64,000 nucleotides of DNA from the human T2T-CHM13v2.0 reference genome, Homo sapiens: the NCBI RefSeq assembly GCF_009914755.1, contig NC_060925.1; one strand, written 5' to 3'. Shown here one piece after another: positions 1-19,589 of the stretch. The notes under the pieces are model-generated. The model was not told the origin of the DNA. It saw only the letters and a program-made list of their open reading frames with translations, and ran no database searches. The stretch's first letter is position 1. Each line of letters begins with the position of its first letter. The translations under genes were made by a program, and so were the position numbers.

Positions 1-58
1 TGGGCTCATGAGATCCTCCCACCTCAGCCTCCTAAACAGCTGGGATTACAGGGGCAAG
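1..58 (-). mobile_element. Alu fragment (window edge)
   Basis: ctcccacctcagcctcc...gctgggattacagg, antisense Alu core. Confidence 0.8.
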
Positions 59-353
59 CAATTCCTTATCTTAACAAGGAATGATAAAATGCTTCCAGAG
101 ACAAAGTTATTTTCAAAGCTCATTTCCAAAAATTAACTCAACCAAGAACTCTAATTCAAACTAAAGCAAACTGTATAAAAAAAGATGTCTAAAAATGTAA
201 CTTATTTATCTCTTTAACTTCAGCACCTAGCACAGTGAATGGTACTTAGCAGGTGTTCAATAAATGTTTGCCTTTGAATAAATGGATCACAGTATGGACT
301 ACAAAATTATCTCAATACTGACATGAACATATAATTTATGAAAGACAGCTTCA

Positions 354-614
<261 letters not shown>

Positions 615-1596
615 TCATCTTTGCATACTTTAAGTATAGTGACTACACAGTAAGTGTATAAAGATGATTACTATTTGATATTGACTTTTAATTACACGTT
701 GCATTAGCTGAGCCAAAAATACTTTTCTGAACAAAATGAGAACTCATTTTACTAATTTAAGATGAAAATTATATGGGTTTGATTAGTCAAAAAAGAAAAC
801 AATGCTCAACGGATATGTTATTTAGTAAAACAATACAAAGTACATAAGAAAAAAGAAAATACATCGTGTGTAATACCTTAAAAAGCAATTTTTCATTTTA
901 AAGATTACTCCAAAAATCTAAATAGCATATAAGGGCATATATTACTTTTGTTTAAAAAAATTAAAAATATCAATAATAAAAGAGATTATTGAAAATAATA
1001 ACAGTATAATAAGAAAATAGTGAATAAGCAACTTGATTGGAATGAGTGAATCTGTAAAATGATTAGAAGGAAAAAAAAAAAAAGAGGGGGCTAGAAAAAC
1101 AGGTTGAGGTAAGACTACAGCATTTTAAATCCCAGGCTAAGCAATACCTACTCGGTCACTCAAGTCAGTATGTAACAATAATTTTACAAAAATTGGAGAA
1201 TTGTGATAAATTGCACACTGCATAAATGGGTAAACTGAACAGCCACTTTGAGCAATAGGATCTTAGATTCTATAATTTATTTAACCAAGACAGGAAATTA
1301 TGAAGAGATAATGAGGCCAATTAAGTTTTCCCAAAAGTAGAATAATCAGATAAAATGGTCATTTAGGAAGATTAATCTATATATACTGAACTAGAGGGGA
1401 AAGAGACCAGAGACAGAAACCTGAGCGAAGTTAAGCGATCCTACCTGTGTTTCTGGTTAATCCTTTTCCTTTTTCTTACAGTAGCTACTCCAAGTTACAA
1501 GAATCCTTCTCAAAACTAAGGTCCTCCTTAATTCCTCCTTAGCAAATCTTGCCTTCTACCTCACAGAAGAAATGTATAAAGCATGAAAGTTCTCAT

Positions 1597-1784
<188 letters not shown>

Positions 1785-3199
1785 TGAAATTACTTTATCT
1801 CCTCTCCAAAGGAAGTAGTGCCCTCTCCTATGTAAGAGTGATCTATCTATCACCTTTACTCTTGTCTCCCAGAATTGCTTCATTAATTAACCTCTTTTCT
1901 CCCCATGTATTTTTCTCCCTTCTCCCATTTGAGCATGTTTAGATGCTGATTTCTCTCAGCACATAAACATGCTAAAATGTCTCCACTCTTTTGCCCTACT
2001 CAACCCTGCTTTCTCTTCTAACTTAACTTCTTAAATAGTAGTATAGCTTCTTGTATTTATTTTATCATCTATTTGCTTCTTAATTCCCTGTAATCTGGCT
2101 TCTACCTTCACTTAGACTAAAATTACTGATGTAATTTCACGAGTAGACATTTCTCAAGCATACTAGATAAGAGAGAGAGGGACTCTGGAACCAGTTTGAA
2201 TCTTGGCTCTCAAATATAAATAAAGCACATAGCATTATTCCTGGTACACAGTAAATGCTATGCAAGTGTTTGCAATTACTGTTATTACTATTATTTTACT
2301 TATATAATCTATAACAAAGAACAATGCTAACCTTTTTTTCCTTAAAACCTTCTTCTATAATTTCTGTAACTGTACACTCTGTGATCTCACAATCCATTCT
2401 CTCTTCTCCATCCCATTGTCACCCATGTTTTAACAGGAACTCATCATTTTTTGTATGAAATTCTGCAAGACTCCTAATTTGTCTCCCTGCCTGTAGGTTT
2501 TCCCACTTTTAAGTCATCTCTACATAGCATAGCCATCTTTTTCTAGTCAAACTTGGTCATGTTACTTCTCTAATTAAGACCAGATTCTTCAAAGGCTATT
2601 TATTCCCTACAGAAAAAGTCCCAATTTCCTAAAGTGTGGAAGACCCAACTTCATCTCCCACTCTCCATATTACCTCTAATCAATCCTCTAATTTATAACT
2701 AATTACTTAAAATTCCTCCCCCAAATTCATTCTGAGTTCATTATGTCTGTGTACTATGTACATGCTGTTTCATGCTGTTTAATCTCCTTGGAATAATATT
2801 TACCTGTCAGACTCCTATTCATCTTTAAATACTCAACCCAGGAATTATTTCTACTTATAAATCTCCCCTAAAAAAACTCAAATAATTGAATACTCCTCTC
2901 CTTTGTGTCACTAGTCAAACATAAAAATTATATCTGGTTAGCTGAAATTTCTTTCAAGTTCAACTTCCCTGCAGGATTTGGGTGAAAGCTGTTGGTAAAA
3001 AAATAAGGAGTAAACCTTGAAAAACGATGGGAATGAAGAACACCTTTCCTTCCAGAATTATAGAAAATAAAAAGAGAAAACAGAGACTAAGAAAATGAAG
3101 GAAAGAAGAGCTACATTAAGCGGAGGATAGCAGATGAATGAAAATGTAGAGTAGGTAGATTATACATCCTGTAAAATACAACATGATTTACCTGTTTGC

Positions 3200-3320
3200 C
3201 TGTTTTCTTAACTAGTCTGTGAGATGTTAAAGTCAGGAACCATGCCCTGAACAGTGCCTATCAGTGTCAGGTACATAGTAAGTGCTTAATAAATATTTGG
3301 TAAATAAATAAATAAATTTG
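3200..3320 (+). mobile_element. L2 3' end
   Basis: cagtgcctatcagtgtcaggtacatagtaagtgcttaataaatatttggtaaataaataaat matches the L2 terminus. Boundaries approximate. Confidence 0.65.
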
Positions 3321-3507
3321 TTTCTATAATTTCAGTATATGCCTATAGAACACATTTTATAAAAACAAAATAAAAGTTATTTTCTGGCATTATAAACAAG
3401 TAAATAACATCTTCCACCCCAAATCAAATATAGTCCTTATATATAGCAAATAGAAATCATGTTTTTTTTTTTTAACAAAATTTAGAAATGTCAAGTTATA
3501 AATTTCA

Positions 3508-3768
<261 letters not shown>

Positions 3769-4268
3769 CTAAAACAAAGAATAAACAAAAGCACTAAGCA
3801 CTTATAACTTTATAAATTTCCCACTTCTAAAGGACCACGGACCACAAACATGTCATATTACTTGATAACACTAAAAAGTTCAAGTAGGTATACAAACATT
3901 GTTTCCAATTAAACAAATCTATTTTCATTTATCATTATAAAATGATCACTTCAAATACTATTAGTTACTTAAGAAAACTGATACTAATTAAGATTTTTTT
4001 TTTTTTAGTTTTAGTTTGCTTTATTAGTTTGAAGTTCAATTATTGTGGCAGGCATATTAGTAACCTACTTTTGTCCATTATTAATTTATTGTCTTTCAGG
4101 TCCAAAGCCTTTGGATATAAGGCAAACTCATCGCCATACCTTATGATACTGGCGTCATTCTTTTACTGGAGACTACCTGTGTAGTTCTAAATAAAATCTA
4201 TATACTACCAACTTTCTTCCTAAAGACAGCATAGAGGTGCTGTATCTTCTTCTTTTCCCCTACCTCAC

Positions 4269-4791
4269 TGTGCAGAAAAGAATTAACATAGTGGGCTTAA
4301 GACAGCTATTCTTTGAAAGTCCTGTTTACAAGTTTGGCCTTGGGCTAATCACTGGGAACTTGGATTTCAGGGGGGTTCCCATTGACAGAGATGGCTCACT
4401 GTGCCTCAAACGTTTGTGCAAAACAATATGGTATAAGCTGAACACCTACTTTCCTTCTGGGAATCTGGAATTTTGGTACATGTTAGGCAAAGGGTGCCTA
4501 CGTGACAAGTAAAAACCCTGGGAATTGAGTCTGTACTGAACTTCTGTGGCAGACAACATTTCACATATGTTGTTTCAACTTGCCCCATGTGATTCCACTG
4601 GGAGAGGATTTTTGGAAGCTTATTTCTTGTTTCCTCTGGACTTCACCCCATGAGCCTTTTCCCTTTGTGAATTCTGCTTTCCATTCTTTCACTAAAATAA
4701 ATCATAGCTCTGAGTATGACTATATGCTGAGTCCCGTAAGTCCTCCTAGCAAATCACTGAACCTGAGATGGCTTTGGGAAGTCCCTCCACA
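4269..4791 (+). mobile_element. Solo LTR, MER68-like (ERVL)
   Basis: Starts TGTGCAGAAAAGAATTAACATAG and ends ...CCACA (TG...CA termini), with internal AATAAA at 4696. Resembles the remembered MER68 consensus. Confidence 0.75.
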
Positions 4792-6126
4792 CCACCCTTT
4801 CTGTGTATAGGTTAGTGAATCCCTGAATTTCATTTTAAATACTTGCTTCTTCTCCCTGTACATATTCTCCATGGAAAATCACATTTACTAATATAGTTTC
4901 AGCTATCGCATTTATTCTGTTACCTCCAAACCCAAACTTCAAACTAATTACAACCACCTACAGGACATCTCCATCTGAAGTACGTAGGCACTTCAAACTC
5001 AACAGGTTCAAAAATAAACTCACAGGCACCATAACTGCTTCCCCTTAGCATGGCCCCAAAAGTATTTCTCTCATGTTCTCTATTTAGGGTAGAAATTACC
5101 ATCCACCTGGACTCTATGGCATTCAAGGTCCTTCACAATCTATTACCAGCCTTCTATCCTTATGTATCATGATTTCCTACACACTTTAAACTATTTTCAC
5201 ACCAGGTCACCTGATGGTCCTTAGACTACTGTAACTCTGTACTTGCTACTCATCATCTGAGTTGTCCACTCTCCCTTTCTCTGAGTAGTAAATGGCTACT
5301 TATAAAGGCAACATCTCAGTGCCTAGCAAAACAGATAACTCTTCCCTCTGTACTTCAAAGAATTTAGTTAATATATGTAACACTGTACTAATTTTATCAT
5401 ACTTTTTACACTTTCCCATATTACACTGTAAGGTTCTTGAAGGAAAAGCTCTTTCCTCAACAGGTAACATCTCTCATCTCACGGAACTTATCATCTAATG
5501 TGGGAAAGAAACAATAAACAAATGTGTATGTATGTGTGTTATATACATACACACAAACAGAAAGAGTGACAGAGTCAAAGCGCAACAGAGAAGCTGGGCG
5601 TAGGCAGTAATAAGTGCAGGGTAAGATGACATACAGTAATGAGGTTGCTATGTTTTAAAGAGTAACCATGGAAGGCCTCTCTGAGGGGAAGAGAAACTCT
5701 AATTCATAAGTCAAATGAATACCAGGAGGAAAAGCATTCCAGGCAGAGAAAGAGGATGTATAAAACCTATCAGAACTTGGTATATTCCAAAAATAAGGAA
5801 TTTGGAACAAATGATCCCTAAAAACTCTTTCCATTTGAAATACTCAAGTCTATGAGAAATAAAGTGAGCTGATGATGGTTTCTCAATTCTAATTAATTCT
5901 GTCATGTACCAGAAACTTAGAAAAAACATGAAGTCAATGACATTTTGAAACAAAAATGTTTGCTTTTGTTGACATTCAATGACATTTTGTTGATTCTTTT
6001 TAAAAAAATCTTCTAAATATTGTATGTTTTTAACTGACATATATTCTCATAAATCTGACAGCAATGACAGATTTATGACAGGTAACAAAACTGACATCAC
6101 AAGTATTAGATATTACGTTCAATTTA

Positions 6127-6285
<159 letters not shown>

Positions 6286-6528
6286 TTAATAGATTATGAA
6301 CTCTGAAAATAAACAAAAATTACAATATCCCAATGAGAAAAATATTGTGAAAATATATTTTTATTCACTGTAAATAAATTAAGAACTTTTATATTTCATT
6401 CTTATTTCAAAATCAAGCAATGTTTTCTACAAAAGAACTAAAAGTCTCCAGGAGCAACAAGCATAAAATAATGCACACAAAATTTCTATCTTCCCAGAGA
6501 TATACCCCCTTATATCATTCTAAACCTT

Positions 6529-6567
6529 CATATATGTACATATATGTACATATATATGTACATATAT
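6529..6567. repeat. Short (ATATATGTAC)-type palindromic tandem repeat
   Basis: catatatgtacatatatgtacatatatatgtacatatat. Confidence 0.8.
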
Positions 6568-6738
6568 TTTTATACACATTTGTATATACTTAACACCAAA
6601 CATTATTTTGAAATCTGTTTTTCATTTATTACATTGTGAATCTCTTTTCATGTCAATAAATTCAAATTTACAATATCATTTTAATGGCCTCTAATATTTC
6701 ATTTTAAACATTTCTATTATATTTTAATTGGGTCTTAA

Positions 6739-7091
<353 letters not shown>

Positions 7092-7159
7092 TAAATTGCT
7101 AGGAATGTCAAAGTTATTTCATAAAAAATAACTTTTAAAAGTACATAAATTCTCTCTAT

Positions 7160-8110
7160 TCCTCCTGCTAAGTACAGCTAAAAACTCTGAAACCTGATAT
7201 ATAAATGAACATAAAGACTGAAAGGTAGAGAGAAAAAAGATGATAGGCTAGAGATCTCAGGATGCAAGAAACGACAAAGCAGCATTTCCTGGGTTTTACT
7301 TTTGCCTCACATATCCTGGACTGAGTGCTAGAGAGGATGGCAACCCAGAAACGCCAAAAGAAGTGGAGAAACAAAGCCCCAAGAAAAGCCTGCTCTCTCT
7401 GGCCAAAGAAATAATATTCCAGCTAGTTACAAGGGAACAAATCCTGGCCCCACTCTCGCCTCCCTACACTGAATGGAGAGCCTAGGCAGCCACCCTTAGC
7501 AGCCTGAAATGAGGTACCCCTCTCCCCAACTCATGCTACACACATTGAGGTGCTATCAAAGAAGACAGAGTTGAGAATCTGTCCCTTGCCTGGTGATAGC
7601 AAGCCCCCAACCAACAGAGGTGACAGTGGAGGCCATGTGGAGCAGTAACAAGGTGCCCCCCTCCCTCACAACCAGGAAGGGGTCAGCAAAGGCCTAGTGG
7701 AGAGCTTGAAATTCCACCTTCACCCAGTAACGAGCCCCCTCACTGGATCCACCCTAGAAAGTAAAAGGAGGCAGAGTGGGTAATGTGGACCTTCACCTCT
7801 ACCTGACAGCAGCACCTCCAGCCCCCACTGCTACAACAGAATATTTCAGTAAGATCTAGAGTCGCATGGTAACTATAATGTCCTGGATGTAATTAAAAAT
7901 TATTCATCATATCAACTAGGAAACTCTCAACTGAAATGAGAAAAGACAATCATCAGACACCAATACTAAGATGACATAGATGCTAGATAGACCCGACAAG
8001 GATTTTAAAGCAGGTATCATTAAAAATGTTTCAAAAAGCAATTATGAATGTCTTTTAAACAAATGAAAAAAGACTCACCAAAACAAACAAACAAAAAAAC
8101 AGAAAAATAC
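7160..8110 (+). mobile_element. Old L1M 5' end / ORF1-start fragment
   Basis: Degenerate L1M-type 5' sequence followed by ...atgacatagatgctag...gattttaaagcaggtatcattaaaaatgtttcaa. Boundaries approximate. Confidence 0.55.
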
Positions 8111-8227
8111 AAGAGATTTCTTTCCTATGGTTTTATCATTTTTTATCATGTATAGAAAATAAAACCAAATAAATTCAAATCCCCATTACCAAATTTCAAC
8201 ACTAATTAGATAAGAAATTCAATATCT

Positions 8228-12259
<4,032 letters not shown>

Positions 12260-12851
12260 AAGAAATTCAACATCTCTGAGGCAAAAAATAAAGATTCTGA
12301 AACATTTTTGAAAAAAAAAAAGCCAGCAGAGTAAGTTGAAACCCATCAAAGCAATAAACACTATTAGCTCTTTCAATCTAAAACACTTGTTTTCAGCTTT
12401 TAAAAATTTCTTTAAAAATAACAGTTCTCTTCAGTTCTAAAACAAGTGGACCTGATAGATATCTACAGAACTCTCCATCCCAAAACAACAGAATATACAA
12501 TCTTCTCAGTGTCACATTGCATTTAGTCTAAAACTGATCACATAATTGGAAGTAAAACACTCCTCAGCAAATGCAAAATAACTGAAATAATAACAAACAG
12601 TCTCTCAGACCACAGAGAAATTAAATTAGAACTCAAAGAAACTCACTCAAAACCACACAACTACACGGAAATTGCACAATTGCTCCTGAATGACTGTTGG
12701 GTAAATAATGAAATTAGGGCAGAAATCAAGAAGTTCTTTGAAACCAATGAGAACAAAAAGACAATGTACCAGAATCTCTGGGATGCAGCTAAAGCAGTGT
12801 TAACAGGGAAATTTACAGCACTAAAATGCCCACATTAAAAAGCTAGAAAGA

Positions 12852-13150
<299 letters not shown>

Positions 13151-14211
13151 AAAAAAAAAAAAAAAAAAAAAAAGCTAGGAAGATCTCAAAGTGAAATCCT
13201 AACATCACAACTAAAAGAACTAGAGAACCACCACCACCAACAACAAAAAACCCAAAGCTAGCAGAAGACAAGAAATAACCAAGATCAGAGCAGAAGTGAA
13301 GGAAACAGAGACACAAAAAACCCTTCAAAAAATTAACAGATCCAGAAGCTGTTTTTTTTTTTGAAAAAATTAATAAAATAGACTGCTAGCTAGATTAATA
13401 AAGAAGGAAAAAGAGAAGAATCAAATAGACACAATAAAAAATGATAAAGGGGATACCACCACTGACCCCACAGAAATACAAACGACCATCAGAGAATGTA
13501 CTACAAACACCTCTCTGCAAGTAAGTTAGAAAATCTAGAAGAAATAGATAAATTCCTGGACATATACATCCTCCCAAGACTGAACCAGGAAGTTGAATCC
13601 CTGAATAGACCAATAACAAGTTCTGAAAATGAGGGAGTAATAAATAGCCTACCAACCAAAAAAGCCCAGGATCAGATGGATTTACAGCTGAATTCTACCA
13701 GAGATACAAAGAGAGCTGGTACCATTTCCTCTAAAACTATTCCAAACAACTGCAAAGGACTCCTCCCTAACTCATTTTATGAGGTCAGCATCATCCTGAT
13801 ACCAAACCCTGGCAAAGAAAGAACAACGAAAAAAGAAGGCTTCAGGCCAATATCCCTAATGAACATCAATGCAAAAATCCTCAATAAAATACTGGCAAAC
13901 CAAATCTGGCAGCACATCAAAAAGCTTATCACCATGATCAAGTAGGCTTCAACCCCGAGATGCAAGGCTGGTTCAACACACGCAAATCAATAAACGTAAT
14001 CCGTCACATAAACAGAACTAAAGACAAAAACCACATTATTACCTCAATAGGCTCAGAAAAGGTCTTTGATAAAATTCAGTATCGCTTCATGTTAAAACTC
14101 CCAATAAACTAGGTATTGAAGGAACATACCTCAAAATAGTAAGAGCCATTTATGAAAAACCCACAGCCAATATCATACTGAATGGGCAAAAGCTGAAAAC
14201 ATTCCCCTTGA

Positions 14212-14559
<348 letters not shown>

Positions 14560-16621
14560 ACCACTCCTATTCAACATAGTATTAGAAGTTTTGGCCAGGG
14601 CAATCAGACAAGAGAAAGAAATAAAGGTATTTAAATAGGATGAGAAGAAGTCAAATTGTCTTGGTTTGCAGATGACATGATCCTCTATCTAGAAAAACCC
14701 ACTGTCTCAGCCCAAAAGCTTCTTAAGCTGATAAGCAACTTCAGCAAAGTCTCAGGATACAAAATCAATGTGCAAAAATCACAAGCATTCTTATACACCA
14801 ACAACAGACAAGAAAAGAGTCAAATCATGAATGAACTCCCATTTATAATTGCTACAAAGAGAATGAAATACCCAGGAATACAGCTAACAAGAAAAGTGAA
14901 GGACCTCTTCAAGGAGAACTACAAACCACTGCTCAAGGAAATCAGAGAGGACACAAACAAATGGAAAAACATTCCATGCTCATGGATAGGAAGAATCAAT
15001 ATCGTGAAAATGGCCATACTGCCCAAAGTAATTTATACATTCAATGCTATTCCCATATAACCACTGTAGACATTCTTCACAGAACTATTTTAAAAAGCTA
15101 TTTTAAAATTCACATGGAACCAAAAAAAGGCCCATACAGCCAAGACAATTCTAAACAAAAAGAACAAACCTGGAGGCATCACGCTACCCAACTTCAAACT
15201 ATACTGAAAGGGTACAATAACCAAAACAGCATGGTGCTAGTACAAAAACAGACACATAGACCAATGGAACAGAATAGAGAACTTAGAAATAAGACCAAAC
15301 ACCTACAACCATCTGATCTTCAACAAACCTGACAAAAACAAGCAATGGGTGAAGGATTCCCTATTTAATAAATGGTGCTGTGAGAACTGGCTAGCCATAT
15401 GCAGAAAACTGAGACTAGACCCCTTCCTTACACCTTATACAAAAATTAACTCAAGACGATTAAAGACTTAAATGTAAAACCCCAAACTATACAAACCCTA
15501 GAAGAAAATCTAGGCAACACCATTCAGGACACAGGCACAAGCAAAGATTTCATGACAAAAACATCAAAAGCAATTCCAACAAAAGCAAAAATTGACAAAT
15601 GGGATCTAAATAAACTAAAGAGCTTCTGCACTGCAAAAGAAACTATCATCAGAGTGAACAGACAACCTACACGATGGGAGAAAAATTTTGCAACCTATCC
15701 ATCTGACAAAGGTGTAATATCCAGAGTCTACAAGGAACTTAAACAAATTTACAAGAAAAAAACAACCCCATTAAACAGTGGGCAAAGGACATGATCAGAA
15801 ACTTCTCAAAAGAAGACATTCATGTGGCCAACAAACATACGAAAAAAAGCTCAGTATCACTGATCATCAGATAAATGCAAATCAAAACCACAATGAGATA
15901 CCATCTCACACCACTCAGAATGGCAATTATTATAAAGTCAAGAAACAACAGATGCTGGTGAAGCTGTAGAGAGATAGGAACACTTTTACACTGTTGGTGG
16001 GAGGGTAAATTAGTTCAATAATTGTGGAAAACATTGTGGAGATTCCTCAAAGACCTAGAACCAGAAATACCATTCGAACCAGCAATCTCATTACTGGGTA
16101 TATACCCAAAGGAATAGAAATCATTCTATTATAAAGACACATGCATGTGTATGTTCATTGCAGCACTATTCACAATAGCAAAGACATTGAATCAACCCAA
16201 ATGCCCATCAATGATAGACTGGATAAAGAAAATGTGGTACATATACACCGTGGAATACTACGCAGCAATAAAAAGGAATGAGATCATGTTCTCTGCAGGA
16301 ACATGGATGGAGCTGGAAGCCATTATCCTGAACAAACTAATGCAGGAACAGAAAACCAAACACTGGATGTTCTCACTCATAAGTGGGAGCTGAACAATAA
16401 GAACACATGGACACAGGGAAGGAAACAATACACACTGGGGCCTGTCGTTGGGGGGAGTGTGGGGAAGGGAGAGCATCAGGAAAAATAGCTAATGCATGCT
16501 GGGCTTAATACTTAGGTGATGGGTTGATAGGTGCGGCAAATCACCATGGCACATGTTTACCTATGTAACAAACCTGCACATCCTGCACATGTACTCCAGA
16601 ACTTAAAAATAAATAAAAAAT

Positions 16622-16805
16622 AACAGTTCTCAAAGTCTGGTCTGAGAATCAGCAGCACAAACATTATCTGAAAACTGTTAGACATGTAAATACTCAAGCC
16701 CCAACCTAGATCGGCTGTCACAAAAACTCGGGAAATAAGGTCCAACAATCAGTGTTACAACAAACCCTCTAGGTAATTTCGATTCATGCTAAAGTGAAAA
16801 ATGTA
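16622..16805. mobile_element. MER5A-like hAT MITE
   Basis: cagttctcaaagtctggtc...agcagcac...caaaccctctaggtaatttcgattcatgctaaagt. Confidence 0.65.
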
Positions 16806-16849
16806 TTTTATCTTAAAATATTCTAATAAGCAATGGCAATAGCAATGGT

Positions 16850-17425
16850 GTAATAGTAGCAAACACTTCCGTAGCACTTTCCAAGTGCCTGGCACTATTC
16901 CAAATGCTCTCCATGTTATTATATCATTCAATCATCAATACAACCAATTACTGTAAGTCTTAATTATTCTCATTTTACAGATGAAAAAACTGAGGCACAG
17001 AAAGTGTCTTAGTCACCTCAGGCTGCCATAACAAAGTACCATAAACAGGTGACTTAAACAGCAGATATTTATTTTCTCACAGTTCTGGAGACTGAAAGTC
17101 TAAGATCAAGGTGCCAGCATGGTCAGTTTCTGGTGAGGGTTCTCACCCTGGGTTGCAGATGGCCACCTTCTTGCAACTGGGGGAGAGGGGATGTCAAGCT
17201 CTCTGGTCTCTTCTTACAAGGGCACTAATCCAATTATGAAGGCCCCACCCTTATAACCTTGTCTAAACCCAATTCCCTTCCAAAGACTCCATCTCAAAAT
17301 GCCATCACATTGAGGGTTAGGCTTCAACATATGATTTTTTGGGGGGAAACAATCTGTTCCATAGCAGAGAGATTAAGAAACTTGCCCAGGGTCACACAAT
17401 TAAGTGTTGGAGCCAGGATTAAAGC
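16850..17425 (-). mobile_element. MIR split by an MLT1A insertion
   Basis: cattttacagatgaaaaaactgaggcacagaaag | LTR | gagattaagaaacttgcccagggtcacacaattaagt; the MIR core continues across the LTR. Confidence 0.75.
17005..17366 (-). mobile_element. MLT1A/MLT1A0 solo LTR (MaLR)
   Basis: TGTCTTAGTC...TCCATAGCA termini, typical ctcacagttctggagactgaaagtctaagatcaaggtgccagca. 5-bp TSD gaaag/gagag. Confidence 0.85.
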
Positions 17426-18315
17426 CTTAGAAGATTATGCTCTATTGCCGTTCAAAAGCATATAGATTTTTAAAAAAATAACAAAAATCCCTTCATAATC
17501 GCACACCTCTTCTGAGAGCTAACTTTGCTAAATTTGGTATATAAATTATTCCTACACAATTACCTACATACAGAGTTGGATTGTGGCTATGTTGTTCAGT
17601 AAATAAAACAGAATTAAAAAGAAACAGAGTGTGTATCAGTAGCATGGAGGAGGGAAAGGTTGCAAATTCATGCAGTGAAGAAAGACTTCTTTGAGGAAAT
17701 GCTGCTGTGTCTACAATTTTAATAAAGAAAAAGACTCAGCTATGTCAAGATCAAGAAAAGAAAAGAGAAAATTCAAAGGGCTGGAGGCAGAAAAAAGCTT
17801 GGAAGAAGCTGTCAGTGCAGAGAGAAAGGGATGTAGTAATGATTGTAGACGATGATGCTGGAGAAGTGGAAAAGACCAAATCATTCAGAGATTTGTAGGT
17901 CATGTGAAAAAATACTTGGATTATGTCTATGTGCAAGAAAAAGCCAGAGAAATGTTTTATTTGATCATAAGCAATAGAATGAAACCACCTAATTTTAATT
18001 TTAAAATTGCTTTATTTTGTGAGAATGGATTTCAAAGAGGTAAGAACTGAATAATATTATAAAGCAGAGAAAGTGAATGAAATAGGAACTACATATAGCA
18101 GAAACACTAAATCTTAGTAAAACAATGCCATAAGCTTTTTGTTAAATTCATAAAATAAAGTAAATAATATCATATTTTGGCATACAAATACTTCATTTTA
18201 AAAGTAATTTTAAAAGGCTTGTTTTCAGGACACTGTGAATATACTTAAGGCTACAGAAATGTACACTTAAAATTAAAATGATAAACTTTATGTTCTATAC
18301 ATTTTTTACCATAAT

Positions 18316-18473
18316 ATTTTTATTTATTTATTTATTTTGAAGAGACAGGTTCTTGTTCAGTCACCCAGGCTGGAGTGCAGTGGTGCAATCAAGGTTCACT
18401 GTAAACTTGAACTCCTGCTCCCACCTCAGCCTTCCAAAGCACTGGGATTATAGGTATGAGTCACCATGCCAAG
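18316..18473 (-). mobile_element. Monomer-length AluJ (left-arm start fused to right-arm end)
   Basis: TSD cattttt(t)accataat on both sides; (TTTA)n tail. Confidence 0.75.
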
Positions 18474-19269
18474 CATTTTTACCATAATTTTTAAAAATCC
18501 TAATTTTATACAGTTACAAGGAAGAAGAGTATGGAAAAGGGGAGGAGTCAGGAAGTACCTTGGCTGTAAGGAACGGCATTTTGAAGTTATTTTGATATTA
18601 GACAATGCCACTGGCCACCCAGAACCCCATGAGTTCAACACAGAAGGCATCAGAGTCTTCTACCTGCCCCTAAATGCCATGTTTCTAATTCAGCCTCTAG
18701 ATTGGGAGTCACAAGGATCTTTAAGATTCATCACACACGGTACTCTACGGAAAGGAGTGTGAATGCTATGAAGAGAACCCCAATAAATAGAACATCATTA
18801 AAGTTTGGAAGGATTATACCACTGAAAATGCTATCATTGTTCTAACAAAAACCATCAAGCCTGAAACAATAAATTCTTGCTGGAGAAAACTGTGTCCAGA
18901 GGTTGTCATGACTTTACAGACTTTATGACAGAGCCAATCAAGAAAATCATGAAATAAATTGTGGATATGGCAAAAAGGAAAAAAAAAAGTGAGGGGTATA
19001 GATTTCCAAGGAGAAACTCACAAGCTCATAGACACCAGACTGGAGGAATTAATAGAAGAAGACTTGATGGAGATGAGTGCTTTTAAACCAGTGCCAGACA
19101 TTGAGGCAGCAAACATAGAAGAAACAGTGTCAGAAAACAAACTGACATTATACAACATGGCAGAAGGGTTATTCAAGACTGCTTTTGACTTCTTTTAAAA
19201 CATGGACCCATCTGTGCTAAGGGCACTAAAACTAAAACAAACGAATAAAGATTGGCACCACATAGAAAT

Positions 19270-19576
19270 ATTTTTTTTCTTTTTTTTATATTGAGACAGA
19301 GTCTCACTCTGCCGCCCAGGCTGGAGTGCAGTGGCACAATCTCGGCTTACTGTCAACCTCTGCCTCCCGGGTTCAAGCGATTCTCACGCCTCAGCCTCAC
19401 AAGTAGCTGGAATTACAGGTGCCTGCCACCACACCTGGCTAATTTTTTGTATTTTTAGTAGAGAAGGAGTTTTGCCATGTTAGCCCTGATGTTCTTGAAC
19501 TGCTGACCTCAGGTGATCTGCCCACCTCGGCCTCCCAAAGTGCTGGGATTACAGGCATGAGCCACCACACCTGGCC
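19270..19576 (-). mobile_element. AluSx inside Tigger2
   Basis: Full antisense dimer ending cctggcc. Confidence 0.9.
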
Positions 19577-19589
19577 AGAAACACTTTCT

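Noticed and set aside
18466-19198. Domesticated Tigger-derived (TIGD-like) gene
   Set aside because: 5' half missing, frames broken, and the element is interrupted by SINEs.
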